Shown: positions 9,926 to 20,517 of the stretch, in pieces | Layout: each line of letters opens with the position of its first letter | Position numbering within the stretch: position 1 is the stretch's first letter | DNA from: a virus | DNA: 49,185 nt | IMG/VR virus record: IMGVR_UViG_3300045988_177308 | Location: 1 to 49,185 of that record | Direction: 5' to 3' (one strand) | Notes under the pieces: model-generated | Databases searched by the model: none | What the model was told of the DNA's origin: nothing | Seen by the model: only the letters and a program-made list of their open reading frames with translations | Position numbers and translations under genes: made by a program

Positions 9926-10345
9926 ATGGCCAAGTACATCGATGACGTTATGGCTAAGGTCCGTGAGCTCTCCGAAGTGCCTGCCAATCGCGTGTGCGAA
10001 GAGGTGGCGCTGCCGGACTTCGACGAAGGACAGAAGATGCCGTATATCGCAGTCGTGTTCGGCACACCGTCGCACATCAGCCAGGCAACGAGCATCGTCT
10101 CCCAACTGAACGACGGCTACCGGGTGTTTTTCCTGTGCCATGTGCGAGCACTCACCGCACAGCATGCCCGCGAGATCGGCGAGCGTATTCTGTGGGGCCT
10201 GGTCGGCTTCGAGCCGGACAACAGCGGAGGGATCACGGTCCACGGCGGTCAGGGCTTGAACTACGCCGGAACCAACCACAAAGTGGTGCAGTGCGGCTAT
10301 GAGCTGTACTGTTCCTTTATCACGAACCTCAAAAACCGCATTTGA
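9926..10345 (+). CDS. tail terminator-like protein (putative)
   Basis: Synteny upstream of tail tube genes. Confidence 0.45.
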   Translation: MAKYIDDVMAKVRELSEVPANRVCEEVALPDFDEGQKMPYIAVVFGTPSHISQATSIVSQLNDGYRVFFLCHVRALTAQHAREIGERILWGLVGFEPDNSGGITVHGGQGLNYAGTNHKVVQCGYELYCSFITNLKNRI

Positions 10346-10349
10346 TAGG

Positions 10350-10517
10350 ATGGTGTATATGGGCCTCTACAAAGACATGAACACCGGGGACGTCGGAACG
10401 TACCCGGATGACTTCGCTCAGTTCTTCGGGACGTTGGTGCCGATAACCGAGGAAGAGCCTTGTAGCGACTGTTTCATTGACAACGACAACGAGAAAAGGG
10501 GGAAGCACAGTGGCTAA
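10350..10517 (+). CDS. possible small ORF (55 aa)
   Basis: Fills 164-nt gap; weak SD. Confidence 0.2.
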   Translation: MVYMGLYKDMNTGDVGTYPDDFAQFFGTLVPITEEEPCSDCFIDNDNEKRGKHSG

Positions 10518-11049
10518 CGAAGTTCGTATGCTTCGCGGCAACGTGACTATTCTCTTCGCCGCCCCTGAGGCATTCGCTGACTGGCAGCATCCCACGGCGG
10601 CGGAACTCAACGCACAGTTCAGTGCGACCGACAACCCGCGCAACCTGGTGTTCAATGTGTCGTGTGCGATCCTGGACGGATATTCGCTCGGCGAGACCGA
10701 CCCCGACACGGACAATACTCGAACGATCTGTGATATCTCCGAGGTGGAGAACCCGACCCTCGCTAAGTATGAGGGCAAATTCACTGCGCTCCGAGACGAA
10801 AGCGTGGACGACCAGGGTGTGTTCAACATGATCCGCGATATCACGATGAAGCCGGACATCACGCTGTTCATCGTGGAACGCATCGGCAAGCGCCCGAACA
10901 AGCCGTTCGAAGTCGGCGATGTGTTCAGCATCTACCGCTTCCAGACCGACTACCCGGTCGACGGGTACGAGTCGAACGGCTTCATCAAGTACGAGCCGAA
11001 CTTCCTTCAGAACGGCGCGTTCGTCCTCAACGAGAAGGTGGCCGCATAA
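10510..11049 (+). CDS. tail tube protein paralog 1
   Basis: GTG after aaaggggga; shares local similarity with next gene (ITLFIVERIGK vs VDLVLVVRGVLKG). Confidence 0.5.
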   Translation: MANEVRMLRGNVTILFAAPEAFADWQHPTAAELNAQFSATDNPRNLVFNVSCAILDGYSLGETDPDTDNTRTICDISEVENPTLAKYEGKFTALRDESVDDQGVFNMIRDITMKPDITLFIVERIGKRPNKPFEVGDVFSIYRFQTDYPVDGYESNGFIKYEPNFLQNGAFVLNEKVAA

Positions 11050-11798
11050 TGGATAAGAAAGTACTCTCCAACGAACACGTCAACGTCTGGGTTCTTCCCA
11101 AGGCGTCCGTGAAGGATATCAACGCTATCACCGTGGAGGAAATGAATTCTGCGGTGGCTATCGGTGACGCGATCAACTGGGACGACACGACAATCCCCGC
11201 CGCGAAGGCGTCGAAGGAACAGTCGTCCCTGTCTCTGCTCGACGCTGCCGGGTCTTCGTCCCGTGGCGCCGCACAGTACGAGGGCTCCCTTACCATGTAC
11301 TACCCGACGAACCCCGACGATGCGAACTCGATCTACGCCAAGGCATGGAACATGTTCAAGAAGACTCGCGTCGACCTCGTTCTGGTTGTGCGCGGTGTCC
11401 TGAAGGGCCGTGAGCCCATCGCTGCCGGTCAGTGGTACTGCGCGTTCCTCATGATCGAGTCCACGTACAAGAACACGCTTGAGGGCGACAATCCGACCCG
11501 TTACACGGTGTCGTTCCTGCAGCAGGGCCAACTGGCAGTCAATGGCGTCTTCAAAGACAGCACGACGGCGATCACCGACACGGAAAATCTTACGGTGTCC
11601 CTCAACGAGCACCGGCCGATCCTGCCGAAGATCCACGGCCATGTGGCTCGCTCCGTGTGCTCCTACCTGTCGAAGGATACCTCGACTGTATCGGTCAGCC
11701 CGCTCGGTGTGGTGACCGGCCTGAAGGCAGGTAGCGCAGATGTCATCGTCAGCCACCCCGCCTGTGCGAATGTGACAGTCAAGGTGACTGTGGCATAA
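11049..11798 (+). CDS. major tail protein with C-terminal Ig-like (Big_2) domain
   Basis: C-terminus TVSVSPLGVVTGLKAGSADVIVSHPACANVTVKVTV is a classic Big_2 fold signature; followed by perfect terminator. Confidence 0.7.
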   Translation: MDKKVLSNEHVNVWVLPKASVKDINAITVEEMNSAVAIGDAINWDDTTIPAAKASKEQSSLSLLDAAGSSSRGAAQYEGSLTMYYPTNPDDANSIYAKAWNMFKKTRVDLVLVVRGVLKGREPIAAGQWYCAFLMIESTYKNTLEGDNPTRYTVSFLQQGQLAVNGVFKDSTTAITDTENLTVSLNEHRPILPKIHGHVARSVCSYLSKDTSTVSVSPLGVVTGLKAGSADVIVSHPACANVTVKVTVA

Positions 11799-11811
11799 CG
11801 CACGCCCCAGC

Positions 11812-11856
11812 GAATAGCACAGGGCGTCTCCTCTCCGCCCTGTGCTATTCTTGTTT
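11812..11856 (+). terminator. rho-independent terminator after major tail gene
   Basis: 15-bp perfect stem gaatagcacagggcg/cgccctgtgctattc followed by ttgttt. Confidence 0.8.
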
Positions 11857-11895
11857 ACGACGTTACCCTAACGCCTAACAGAGAGGATTTCAAAT

Positions 11896-12363
11896 ATGGA
11901 CATTTTCGAGGTGCTGTCTCGATCCAAGGCGCCGAAGGCTGAGAAGGTCGTGTACCTTGACGCCGAGGCGGTGCAGGACGTCGAGAGGCTCATCAAAGAG
12001 CAGGCCGACGCTGACGTGATCAAGGAAGCGGTGAAGAGGCGGGACGCCTCTAAGTTGACGTTCCACCTCCAGTCGGTGACTGCCGATGTGCGCGAAGAGC
12101 TGATGATCGGCATCGAGAGCGCGGACAAGACGAAGAACAAGACGAAGCGTGTGTCGGAGGCCTATCTGGCGCTTCTGTCGAAGACGCTGTACAAGATCGA
12201 AGACGCCGAAGGCAACGTGGATGAAAGGAAATTCAACTCCGAAGAGATCCGTAAGATCCTGAACGCTCTGCCCGGCGAACAGTATCTGGGCCTGCTCGTG
12301 GCGGCGATGAACCTCCTCGGAGCTTCCGCCGACTACGACAATGCGGTGACGGTGGATTTCTGA
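11896..12363 (+). CDS. tail assembly chaperone (G-like)
   Basis: Acidic 155-aa protein between major tail and tape measure. Confidence 0.65.
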   Translation: MDIFEVLSRSKAPKAEKVVYLDAEAVQDVERLIKEQADADVIKEAVKRRDASKLTFHLQSVTADVREELMIGIESADKTKNKTKRVSEAYLALLSKTLYKIEDAEGNVDERKFNSEEIRKILNALPGEQYLGLLVAAMNLLGASADYDNAVTVDF

Positions 12364-12794
12364 TAGACGCCCTCCAAGACAAAGGGGGGAGCGGCGCTCT
12401 ATCGATGGTTAGGACGGCGGTGGACCTGCACATGAGGCCCACCGCCGTTATCTATAACCAGCCCGACCCTTTCGGGCATTGGACGGAACTGGACTATAAG
12501 CTTGTGTTGGCTTACAAGACGGTTAAGGACGAGACATGTCAGAAGTGTGGTAACCCTATCTGGCTATGTCATTCGAACGATCCTGATATAGCATGGCGCG
12601 CAGAGGATAGAACATGCTATGCTACTAAAGCAAGGATGATGCATGATTGGGTCAGCACACACCGAGCCACCGACCCGCCTCCCTATGAGGACAAGCAGAA
12701 GTGGGGCAAGGATACTGTGATGACACCGTACATGCCGGACTACGCGGAGCGAGACCTTCCCACGAGAATGGACTACTACAACAGGAGTGAGTGA
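12255..12794 (+). CDS. tail assembly chaperone frameshift extension (T-like); -1 frame open from 12255, first ATG 12405
   Basis: Frame -1 relative to G is open from 12255 to the TMP start; Cys-rich CQKCGNPIWLCH segment; classic G/GT arrangement. Confidence 0.45.
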   Translation, partial: DPERSARRTVSGPARGGDEPPRSFRRLRQCGDGGFLIDALQDKGGSGALSMVRTAVDLHMRPTAVIYNQPDPFGHWTELDYKLVLAYKTVKDETCQKCGNPIWLCHSNDPDIAWRAEDRTCYATKARMMHDWVSTHRATDPPPYEDKQKWGKDTVMTPYMPDYAERDLPTRMDYYNRSE

Positions 12795-15700
12795 TGCCTG
12801 ATATCAAGCAGACTATCGAGTTCAACGTACAGGGTACGTCCGAACTCCACGAGGCTGCGGAATCCATCAACACTATCGCACAAGCCCTTGACAACATCAA
12901 GGGCAAGGTCGTCGGAGCCGACATCGGCAAAGGCCTGGACGGCGCAGGCCGAGGCGGCCGAGAAGCCGGGGAGGGCTTCGACAGGGCAGGTCGGGCCGCG
13001 GAAGAGGCGAAGTCGCGCATATCCAACATGCGCTACGCCCTCTACGACGTGGCCGCCGTTATGCAGAACATCTCGAAGGCGACGATCGGAGCGTTCACAA
13101 CCGTCGTCAAAGAGTCGATGGATTACGAGTCGGCCTTCGCACAGGTGAAGCGGACTAACGACATCGCCGGGAAGTCCGCAGACGAGCTGCGCGGCAAACT
13201 CGAACAGATGGCCGCCTCGGTGACGACCACGAACTTCAAGGACCTGTCGAACATCGCCGCTCTCGGCGGTCAGCTGGGCGTCGCCAAAGAGTCCATAACC
13301 GACTTCACCGAGACGGTCGCAAAGCTGTCGGCCACCACCGACCTTTCGCTCGACAAGTCCGGCGAGACGATCGCGCGCTTCCAGACAATCATGGGCACGA
13401 CCGGCCAGAACTTCGACAACATCGCGTCCTCGATCTTGAAGGTCGGCGTCAACTCGGCTGCGACGGAATCCCAGATCGCCAACACCTCGACGCAGATCTC
13501 TGCCATGGGCAAGTTCGCTGGCCTGACCGAATACCAAGTGGTCGGCCTGTCTGGCGCTCTGGCGTCGATCGGCGTCGCGCCCGAACTCTCCCGAGGCGTC
13601 ATCACGCGCATGTTCACCCAGATGCAGAAGGCTATCCGGGGCGGCGGTGACGAGCTCAACCTGTTCGCGCGCGTGGCGGGGGTCTCCGCACAGGAAGTCC
13701 AGTCCGCGTGGGGCACGTCGAAGTTCAGCGACATATTCGTGAAGTTCATCGCCGGGCTGAAGAACCAGGGCCAGGGCGCCATAGGCGTGCTCAAAGACCT
13801 GGGCATTAAGGCGTCCCGCGACGTCCCGACGATCCTCCGTCTAGCCGAGGCGCACAAGACACTCGAACAGACGATGAAGGACGCCGAGTCCGGCTACAAC
13901 GACTCGAAGACGCTCAACGACCAGTACCAGCAGATCGCGTCCACCACAGCCGGCAAGCTAGAGATGTTGAAGAACTCCTGGGCGAACCTGAAGGCCGAGA
14001 TCGGCCGGTCCTCCAATTCGGGGATCGGCGACATGCTCGGCTCCCTTACAGGCCTCGTCACGGTCTTGACTAATCTCGTGCAGAACCCCGCTGCACAGTG
14101 GGTTGCCAAGTTGGCCGGAGCGTTCCTGACGGCCGGCGGAATCATGGCCGGCTACTACGCCAAGCAGGCCCTTGTGCTCGGCGGAGCCTACGCGTTGACG
14201 ACAGCGCAGCGGTCGATGGGGATTGCGATGCAGCACCCCATCACGTCTATCCGCTCGCTCTTGTCGGCCCTCGCGGAGACGGTTAAACTCTACAAGCTCT
14301 CGACGGTCTCCGTCAACGAACAGACCGGTGCCCTCTACAAGAACGCCGGCGCCGCTCGGGGCGCAGCAGGCGCACAGCGGGCAGCCGGTCAGGCAGCCGC
14401 CTCGCAGTCCGCAGCCGGGGCTGCAGCAGGTGGGGCGGGGCAAGCATCCAGTGCGATGGGAACAGCCGCCAAGGCTACCTCGGGGCTCATGGGCGCCCTC
14501 AAAGGGCTTGCCGCAGGCGCCGGTATATCCTTGTTCTTCACGGGCCTGGCGAAGGTCACGGAGTCCTGGACGAAGAGATCCGAGGCCGCTAGAGCCGAGG
14601 CCAAGGCGCTCCAGCAGGCCCAGGCCGATCTCGCACAATCAGTGATGCAGGACACGAAGGCCTTCGAGGAGGGCGGGAGCGCGGCCTACGTGTTCGCCAA
14701 GGCCACCAACAAAGCCGGCGAATCCGTATCCTCGCAGCTGTTCTCCACGTCGGACGCCAACGCCCAGACGAAGGCTCTCGCACAGGCACAGGATCTCCTC
14801 GCACAGAAGACCGGCCAGTCGACGGACGAAATCACGAAGCAGACCTATGCGATCGGCGAGAATTCGCTGAAGAAGATGGCCGAGCAGATCGCCGGAAACA
14901 CGGGCTTCAAGCAGTTCGGCGATGAGCAGCTGTCCATGCTGCGCCAGATGGGTTTTTCCGTACAAGAATACTCGAAGCTGGTTACGCAGGGCAACTCGGA
15001 GATGACCGATTCACAGAAGAAGCTCGTTGAGTACTACCGCAACAACGGCTTCAGTTTCTTAGCCGACGAGATCGAGCGCAGCACCCAGAAGTCGAGCCAG
15101 TACATTGACTCGTTCAAGAACAAGATACAGGAGATGGTGGCCTCCGGCAAGATCTCCTGGTTCGACGGCGAGAAGATCCTTGACACGTTAAAGAAGATCG
15201 ACGACAATGCGCATCAGACTTTCGATGGTGTGCGCAATGAGTCCGATCTGGCAGCGCAGACCATGAAGGGCCTGAAGGGCGACACGGCCGACGCCGCGGA
15301 CGAGATGGACAACATGGGCGAGAAGGCCGACAAGGCGGCCAAGGAGCTCAAGAAGGTCGTCGACTCAGCGCTGTCCGGCGACGAGGCGTTCGTCAACCTC
15401 GAAGACGCCGTAGCCAACCTCGGAGAGAGCCTGTACAAGAACGGCATGAACTTCGACGAGTTCTCGGAAGCTGGCAGGTCTAACCTGAAGGCTCTCTATG
15501 CCGTTGTGCGCCAAGCTGCAGAGGCGTCCGGCGGGGATGCTGGGGTGATGAACGCCTATATCCAGCAGATTATGCAGCTGCTGCGCAGCCACGGAGTCGG
15601 CTCCGTCCAAGTTCTGGAGAGGGTCGAGCAGCGGCTTCACGCCGTAGCCAACAAGGCAACCCAGTCGGCCAATCAGATAACGAAGGCTGCTGCACTCGCA

Positions 15701-17614
15701 CAGAAGGCAGGCCAGGCTATCGGCATGATCGCAGCGAGCATCGCCACCGGGAAGGACTTCTCGAAGGAAGCCTCGGCTTCGCTGCAGGGCCTCGGAAAGT
15801 CCTCCACGGCCGCCCTGCCGTCCATCAAGGACCTGGGTAAGGCCCTCGACCAGGGCTTCGCGAGGGGCGCCAGGAACGCCGCCAAGCACGCCAAGAAAGC
15901 TCGGCACAGGACGAGGAAGCTCGGGGACCGTGCGAAGAAGGCGGGCAAGAAGATCAAGGAGGCGGCGAAGGAGATAAAGACCTTCACCGATTACATCAGC
16001 GAGCTGTCCTCCGTGGCGAATGCGGCCTTCAACTTCAGGTGGGAGTTCCCCAAGTCGCTGGACGAGACGGCGAAGTCGTTCAAGACGATCAAGTCGTACT
16101 TCGAGAATGCGGCGAAGGACGCGCAGTCGGCGAATAAGGAGATCGGCGACGCCAACAAGTCGATCGAGGAAACGCGCAACAAGATCGCCGAGCTGGACGC
16201 CGAGCTGTCGAAGCTGCAGTCGGACCGGAACAAGTTGACCTTCCAGCTGAAGGTGGCCGTCGACTACGGCGACACGCTGCGAGCCGATGACATCCGCGCC
16301 GAGCTGCAGAAGAACGCCGTCGCACAGCAGAAGAACCGAACGGATCGGAAGAACGCCGAAGGAGATCAGGCCGGCAATTACCAAAAGCTGTACGAGGCTA
16401 TGCAGAAGCTCTCGGACGCACAGCAGAAGGCGCGGCGCGACTTGGCGGGATTCTCGGACGCCGCTAGGGAACAGCGTGGTAACGTGCTGTCCCTTGTCGA
16501 GGCATACCAGAAGCAGGTGCTCGCATACGCCAACACGGGCGCCAGTCAGCAGCAAGTGCTCGCATACGCCTCTGCCCTGCGTGCAGAGTTCATCAACAAC
16601 ATGACGTCGATGGGCTACTCCCGTGCGGAGACTGAGAGGTACGCGGCGACGTTCACGGACTTGTCGAAGGTTATCAATGGCGTTCCGAGGAACTTCACGG
16701 TCGGCGTGAACGCCGATCCGGCACTGCGGGCCCTCTCCGACTTGGAGGCGAAGAACCGCAAGTCGCAGCACTCGATGGATGACAACCGCGATGCCGCAGA
16801 CAAGCTCGGCAACTCGCTGAACAACACGGGCGGAGATGCAGCCGGCCTTGGAGGGGCACTCGGCGGAGGCGGTGTCGGAGGGGCTGCCGAGCAAGCAGCT
16901 GTGACATTCCAGCAGCTCGGGCAGATCACGGGCAACATCGGCGCGGAGATGTGGAAGGCCGCAGGCTCGGCCAACACAGCCGCACACGGGCTGGGTAACA
17001 TGGGCAACCAAGCCCACGGCTCCGCCTATTCGATGGATGTAGCAGGCAACAAGGCCGGTTGGATGTCCTACGCGATCAACGGAATCCGCGAGGCCGGCTA
17101 CGGGGCGTTCAGCAACATCATCAGCAGCGCACAGCAGGCGGGGTTCTCGTTCAACCAGGCTGCAACCGACGCCATCAACCTGTGCAACCGTGTGCGAGAT
17201 CTGCGAAGTCTGTCGGTGGGCCAGTTCATGTTCGGCTTCAACCAGGCATGGGGTTTCTCCACGGGCGGAAAGGTCGGCGGGTCCTCGTATAGCGGTGGCA
17301 AGCAGTCCACGGACACCGTTCCGGCCATGCTGACACCCGGCGAGTTCGTCATCAACAGGCAAGCCGCGCAAACCGTCGGCTACGGCTTCCTGGAGGCCGT
17401 CAACTCCGGCCGCGCCGCTGCCTCGGGTGCCTCGGCCGCGTCGTCCGGCGGTGCAGGCGGCGGGTTCGGCGGGGGTCCGATTCTGGTCGAGCTGTCCGGA
17501 ACGGACCGGCACATCCTGGTGAGCGCGGTCAACAAACCGACGGTGATAGACGGCAATGCTATAGTGGGGATGGTCAATGGTTCTAACGCCATGGCATCGA
17601 GGAGAGGAGCATAG
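12794..17614 (+). CDS. tape measure protein (1606 aa)
   Basis: Very long Ala/Gln/Lys-rich coiled-coil protein downstream of chaperones. Confidence 0.9.
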   Translation: MPDIKQTIEFNVQGTSELHEAAESINTIAQALDNIKGKVVGADIGKGLDGAGRGGREAGEGFDRAGRAAEEAKSRISNMRYALYDVAAVMQNISKATIGAFTTVVKESMDYESAFAQVKRTNDIAGKSADELRGKLEQMAASVTTTNFKDLSNIAALGGQLGVAKESITDFTETVAKLSATTDLSLDKSGETIARFQTIMGTTGQNFDNIASSILKVGVNSAATESQIANTSTQISAMGKFAGLTEYQVVGLSGALASIGVAPELSRGVITRMFTQMQKAIRGGGDELNLFARVAGVSAQEVQSAWGTSKFSDIFVKFIAGLKNQGQGAIGVLKDLGIKASRDVPTILRLAEAHKTLEQTMKDAESGYNDSKTLNDQYQQIASTTAGKLEMLKNSWANLKAEIGRSSNSGIGDMLGSLTGLVTVLTNLVQNPAAQWVAKLAGAFLTAGGIMAGYYAKQALVLGGAYALTTAQRSMGIAMQHPITSIRSLLSALAETVKLYKLSTVSVNEQTGALYKNAGAARGAAGAQRAAGQAAASQSAAGAAAGGAGQASSAMGTAAKATSGLMGALKGLAAGAGISLFFTGLAKVTESWTKRSEAARAEAKALQQAQADLAQSVMQDTKAFEEGGSAAYVFAKATNKAGESVSSQLFSTSDANAQTKALAQAQDLLAQKTGQSTDEITKQTYAIGENSLKKMAEQIAGNTGFKQFGDEQLSMLRQMGFSVQEYSKLVTQGNSEMTDSQKKLVEYYRNNGFSFLADEIERSTQKSSQYIDSFKNKIQEMVASGKISWFDGEKILDTLKKIDDNAHQTFDGVRNESDLAAQTMKGLKGDTADAADEMDNMGEKADKAAKELKKVVDSALSGDEAFVNLEDAVANLGESLYKNGMNFDEFSEAGRSNLKALYAVVRQAAEASGGDAGVMNAYIQQIMQLLRSHGVGSVQVLERVEQRLHAVANKATQSANQITKAAALAQKAGQAIGMIAASIATGKDFSKEASASLQGLGKSSTAALPSIKDLGKALDQGFARGARNAAKHAKKARHRTRKLGDRAKKAGKKIKEAAKEIKTFTDYISELSSVANAAFNFRWEFPKSLDETAKSFKTIKSYFENAAKDAQSANKEIGDANKSIEETRNKIAELDAELSKLQSDRNKLTFQLKVAVDYGDTLRADDIRAELQKNAVAQQKNRTDRKNAEGDQAGNYQKLYEAMQKLSDAQQKARRDLAGFSDAAREQRGNVLSLVEAYQKQVLAYANTGASQQQVLAYASALRAEFINNMTSMGYSRAETERYAATFTDLSKVINGVPRNFTVGVNADPALRALSDLEAKNRKSQHSMDDNRDAADKLGNSLNNTGGDAAGLGGALGGGGVGGAAEQAAVTFQQLGQITGNIGAEMWKAAGSANTAAHGLGNMGNQAHGSAYSMDVAGNKAGWMSYAINGIREAGYGAFSNIISSAQQAGFSFNQAATDAINLCNRVRDLRSLSVGQFMFGFNQAWGFSTGGKVGGSSYSGGKQSTDTVPAMLTPGEFVINRQAAQTVGYGFLEAVNSGRAAASGASAASSGGAGGGFGGGPILVELSGTDRHILVSAVNKPTVIDGNAIVGMVNGSNAMASRRGA

Positions 17615-17616
17615 GA

Positions 17617-18420
17617 ATGCCCAAACGACCCAAAGTGTGGTTCGGCACACTGAATGACATGCGTTGGATTGACGCACCCGTGGCTAACTTCCAAAGCAAC
17701 AGCACAGGGTTCAACTACAGCGCTACGACGCTGAGAGGCGACGGCTTCGCCAAGAGGTCTGCGTTGACACACAGGGAGTTCACGCTCACTTGGGCGGCCA
17801 ACACCGTAGCTGAGCACGCTGCCCTGCTGTACCTACTGTCTACCAACGAGCTGCTTTACTACGTAGACCCGTTGGCTATGAAGACGAACCTCCTGCCGCT
17901 GTTCATGTCTCACTACACGCCTAACGCTACAGTTTTCACGGATGATATACCCCATGTGGCAACGCCCGGCGCATACAACGGAGCCCCGGCGATGTCGTGG
18001 AACCCCGCGTGGATCTGGCAGATCGGCCAGAAGATCCACTGGCCGGAAGGCTACAAGCTGTGGGCGGGGTGCCGCGGGGACGGAACGATTCAGATAAACG
18101 ACACAGCGGTCACGGCGGTCAGCGAGTTCGACGGCCGCTATGTCACGACGATGATCCCGACGAACAACGTCAGCAACCCGTGGGGCGAACTCCAGATGTG
18201 GGCAAGCTCCCGGATATCCAGTATCTGTGTGCGAGCCTACCCTGAGACGCAGGTTAAGACGATCAACGACGTGCCGAACAACTACGGACCGTTCCTGCCC
18301 GGCATGGGATATGGGGCACTCCAGCAGAAGGAGCCGTATTCGATACAAGAGTACAGCGCAGCGATCGACGGCTATGAGGTAGCCGTAACTGCGACGTTCG
18401 TTGAGAAGGTGCTGCTGTGA
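17617..18420 (+). CDS. distal tail protein (Dit-like)
   Basis: Position directly after TMP; 267 aa. Confidence 0.55.
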   Translation: MPKRPKVWFGTLNDMRWIDAPVANFQSNSTGFNYSATTLRGDGFAKRSALTHREFTLTWAANTVAEHAALLYLLSTNELLYYVDPLAMKTNLLPLFMSHYTPNATVFTDDIPHVATPGAYNGAPAMSWNPAWIWQIGQKIHWPEGYKLWAGCRGDGTIQINDTAVTAVSEFDGRYVTTMIPTNNVSNPWGELQMWASSRISSICVRAYPETQVKTINDVPNNYGPFLPGMGYGALQQKEPYSIQEYSAAIDGYEVAVTATFVEKVLL

Positions 18421-19895
18421 GCATCGCACCCGAACCCTTCGAATACAGGACGGACCGCTCGCTGGAGTCGTTCTCTGCGCAGTGGGACCGCATGTCGTAC
18501 AGCGTCCCGGGTGGCACTAAGGGCTACCCGGTTATGACGTTGACGGACCGGTTCTTCAAGCCGGCGGACGTGTCGACGACGTGGACGAACAAGCACCCTG
18601 TGTCGAGCGTGTACGAGTTCCGGGGGGATGTGCGAACGTTCACATCCAACTACTCGACGAACACCGTGACCGTCGATGACCTGTGCTATAAACTCAAGCA
18701 GGTAAAAGTCGTCCCCACGCAGTACAATAACTTCCGCAACGTGGTCGTCGAACTGTTCAAACTGTGCGACTATGACAAAGTGTACGTGGACGGTTTCATT
18801 AAGGCGGACCAGTACAACCCGATCATCATGGCGCCGGGCGGGTCGTTCAACGTGTGGGATTACTTGAACACTTTGTGCGCGGTGCATAACGTGTACATGC
18901 TCCGCCAGAACTCTAACCTGCTGTTTCTTCGCGACAACAACTTCCTGAAGGAGCACATGAACAATGTGACGGGTATGAGCTACAGCGTGGACCTCGCACA
19001 GTCCACTAAGACGGTGAAGACCACGTACAGGCCCATGCGCTATGCCTACAACGAGTATTTGCCGTTGAGCAAGGAGTCGCGGGACACGATCATCCAGGTG
19101 GACGCTCGGAAGACCGTGGAGCAGACGATCACGCTCGACGCTTATGTGATCGAAGCCATGACGCCATGGGTGACCCAGTGCAAGGACTACATCCCGGCGA
19201 AGGACACGTCGGGCCTGGAGTACACTGCTTACTGCGTCGCCGGGAACGACGGGCTCCCGATCACGGCATCCCAGTGGCTGGGGCAGGGCGGCAGCCTGTC
19301 TGTGCGCCTCGACCCGAAGAACCACAACCAGATCATCGTTACTGTGCGCGGCATGGTTACGTCGGACTATTCGCCTTTCCGTATCGCCGCCTCTTCGGGA
19401 CCGTCTAACTACTACAACTCGCTGCGATTCCGCGGCACGGGGTTGGTCATGGGGCCGGAGGATACGTACGTAACGCACACAGGATCATCGACACTGGGCA
19501 GCGACGAAGAGCAGATCAACAACCCGCTGATCAACACTCCGTCTCTGGCGATAGACAACGGCCTCCGGGCTGTGTGGGAAAAGTCAGGGTCGATCCCGAC
19601 GATCACACTCACGTCGCCAAACCTGGAGTCGCGCACACCATCCACCACGGGTAATGACCTGTTTCTGGCGTCCGGGTCGGCCTTCGACTACGGCGGGGAC
19701 CGATTCATGACGACGCACGTCGATATGAACAATCAGGAGATCACGGTAACGGCCACGTCTCGTATCACCTGTGACGAATTCTCCAACACCCTCAATACGG
19801 GCACGACCTTGGCCGACTATGAGGATAAGATCCCTAAGACGATCTACAACGTGTTCCAGTTCAATCAACCGCACAAGGAGTACAAGCCGGAATGA
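18417..19895 (+). CDS. minor tail protein (Tal/baseplate-like), lower-GC composition
   Basis: Position after Dit; Asn/Tyr/Thr-rich, clearly lower GC than rest of genome. Confidence 0.55.
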   Translation: MSIAPEPFEYRTDRSLESFSAQWDRMSYSVPGGTKGYPVMTLTDRFFKPADVSTTWTNKHPVSSVYEFRGDVRTFTSNYSTNTVTVDDLCYKLKQVKVVPTQYNNFRNVVVELFKLCDYDKVYVDGFIKADQYNPIIMAPGGSFNVWDYLNTLCAVHNVYMLRQNSNLLFLRDNNFLKEHMNNVTGMSYSVDLAQSTKTVKTTYRPMRYAYNEYLPLSKESRDTIIQVDARKTVEQTITLDAYVIEAMTPWVTQCKDYIPAKDTSGLEYTAYCVAGNDGLPITASQWLGQGGSLSVRLDPKNHNQIIVTVRGMVTSDYSPFRIAASSGPSNYYNSLRFRGTGLVMGPEDTYVTHTGSSTLGSDEEQINNPLINTPSLAIDNGLRAVWEKSGSIPTITLTSPNLESRTPSTTGNDLFLASGSAFDYGGDRFMTTHVDMNNQEITVTATSRITCDEFSNTLNTGTTLADYEDKIPKTIYNVFQFNQPHKEYKPE

Positions 19896-20506
19896 TACCC
19901 AACAAAAACCTAGGCGCCGGCGACACATGGGGTTCGTGGGTGCAGGACGAGATCTCGTCCATCAACTCAGGCCTCAGCAACTTAGGGATCGGTGGTGTGC
20001 GCAACTCGCTGAACGGGCTGATGAACAACATAGACAACACCAACAACAAGCTGTCGTTCCGCTCCCTCACAGGTGATTTACGACAGCTTGGTCCTAACAC
20101 CAATGAGGTCCTGCTATCGGAAAACATCCTCAATTACCCAGAGAATGGAAAGGGTTACCTGAACTTCTTCTTCTTCGGTAGTGGACGATATGTGAATACA
20201 GGTGCCTCCGACGCTTTCCGGTCGAAGATGCAGCTTATCGTTCGAACAGCTTGGACCCCCGTAGGCGGAACGCAGACGAAATTCGAAGAATACTACGTCT
20301 CACAGATGCCAGGTATGTTCAATGGAGAGATAAACCCGGGTTTCTACGATCTCTATGCGTTCTTCAACATGACGGTGCCCCGTGTCACACAAGTGTCTTT
20401 TCGTCTTGTCGGGGAAAACAGACTGACGAGCAACCCTCACAAAGAGTTCTACAACTACTTCAACGGCACTATACTGGTAATGGAATCCAATCAGCCTAAC
20501 ACGTAA
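19892..20506 (+). CDS. minor tail protein (putative receptor-binding)
   Basis: Gly/Asn-rich, low GC, synteny. Confidence 0.5.
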   Translation: MIPNKNLGAGDTWGSWVQDEISSINSGLSNLGIGGVRNSLNGLMNNIDNTNNKLSFRSLTGDLRQLGPNTNEVLLSENILNYPENGKGYLNFFFFGSGRYVNTGASDAFRSKMQLIVRTAWTPVGGTQTKFEEYYVSQMPGMFNGEINPGFYDLYAFFNMTVPRVTQVSFRLVGENRLTSNPHKEFYNYFNGTILVMESNQPNT

Positions 20507-20517
20507 GGAGAGGAAAC

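Noticed and set aside
15365-17677. 770-aa ORF on minus strand
   Set aside because: Lies entirely antisense to the tape measure gene; Arg/Gly/Pro-rich composition typical of wrong-strand ORFs in high-GC DNA; no SD.
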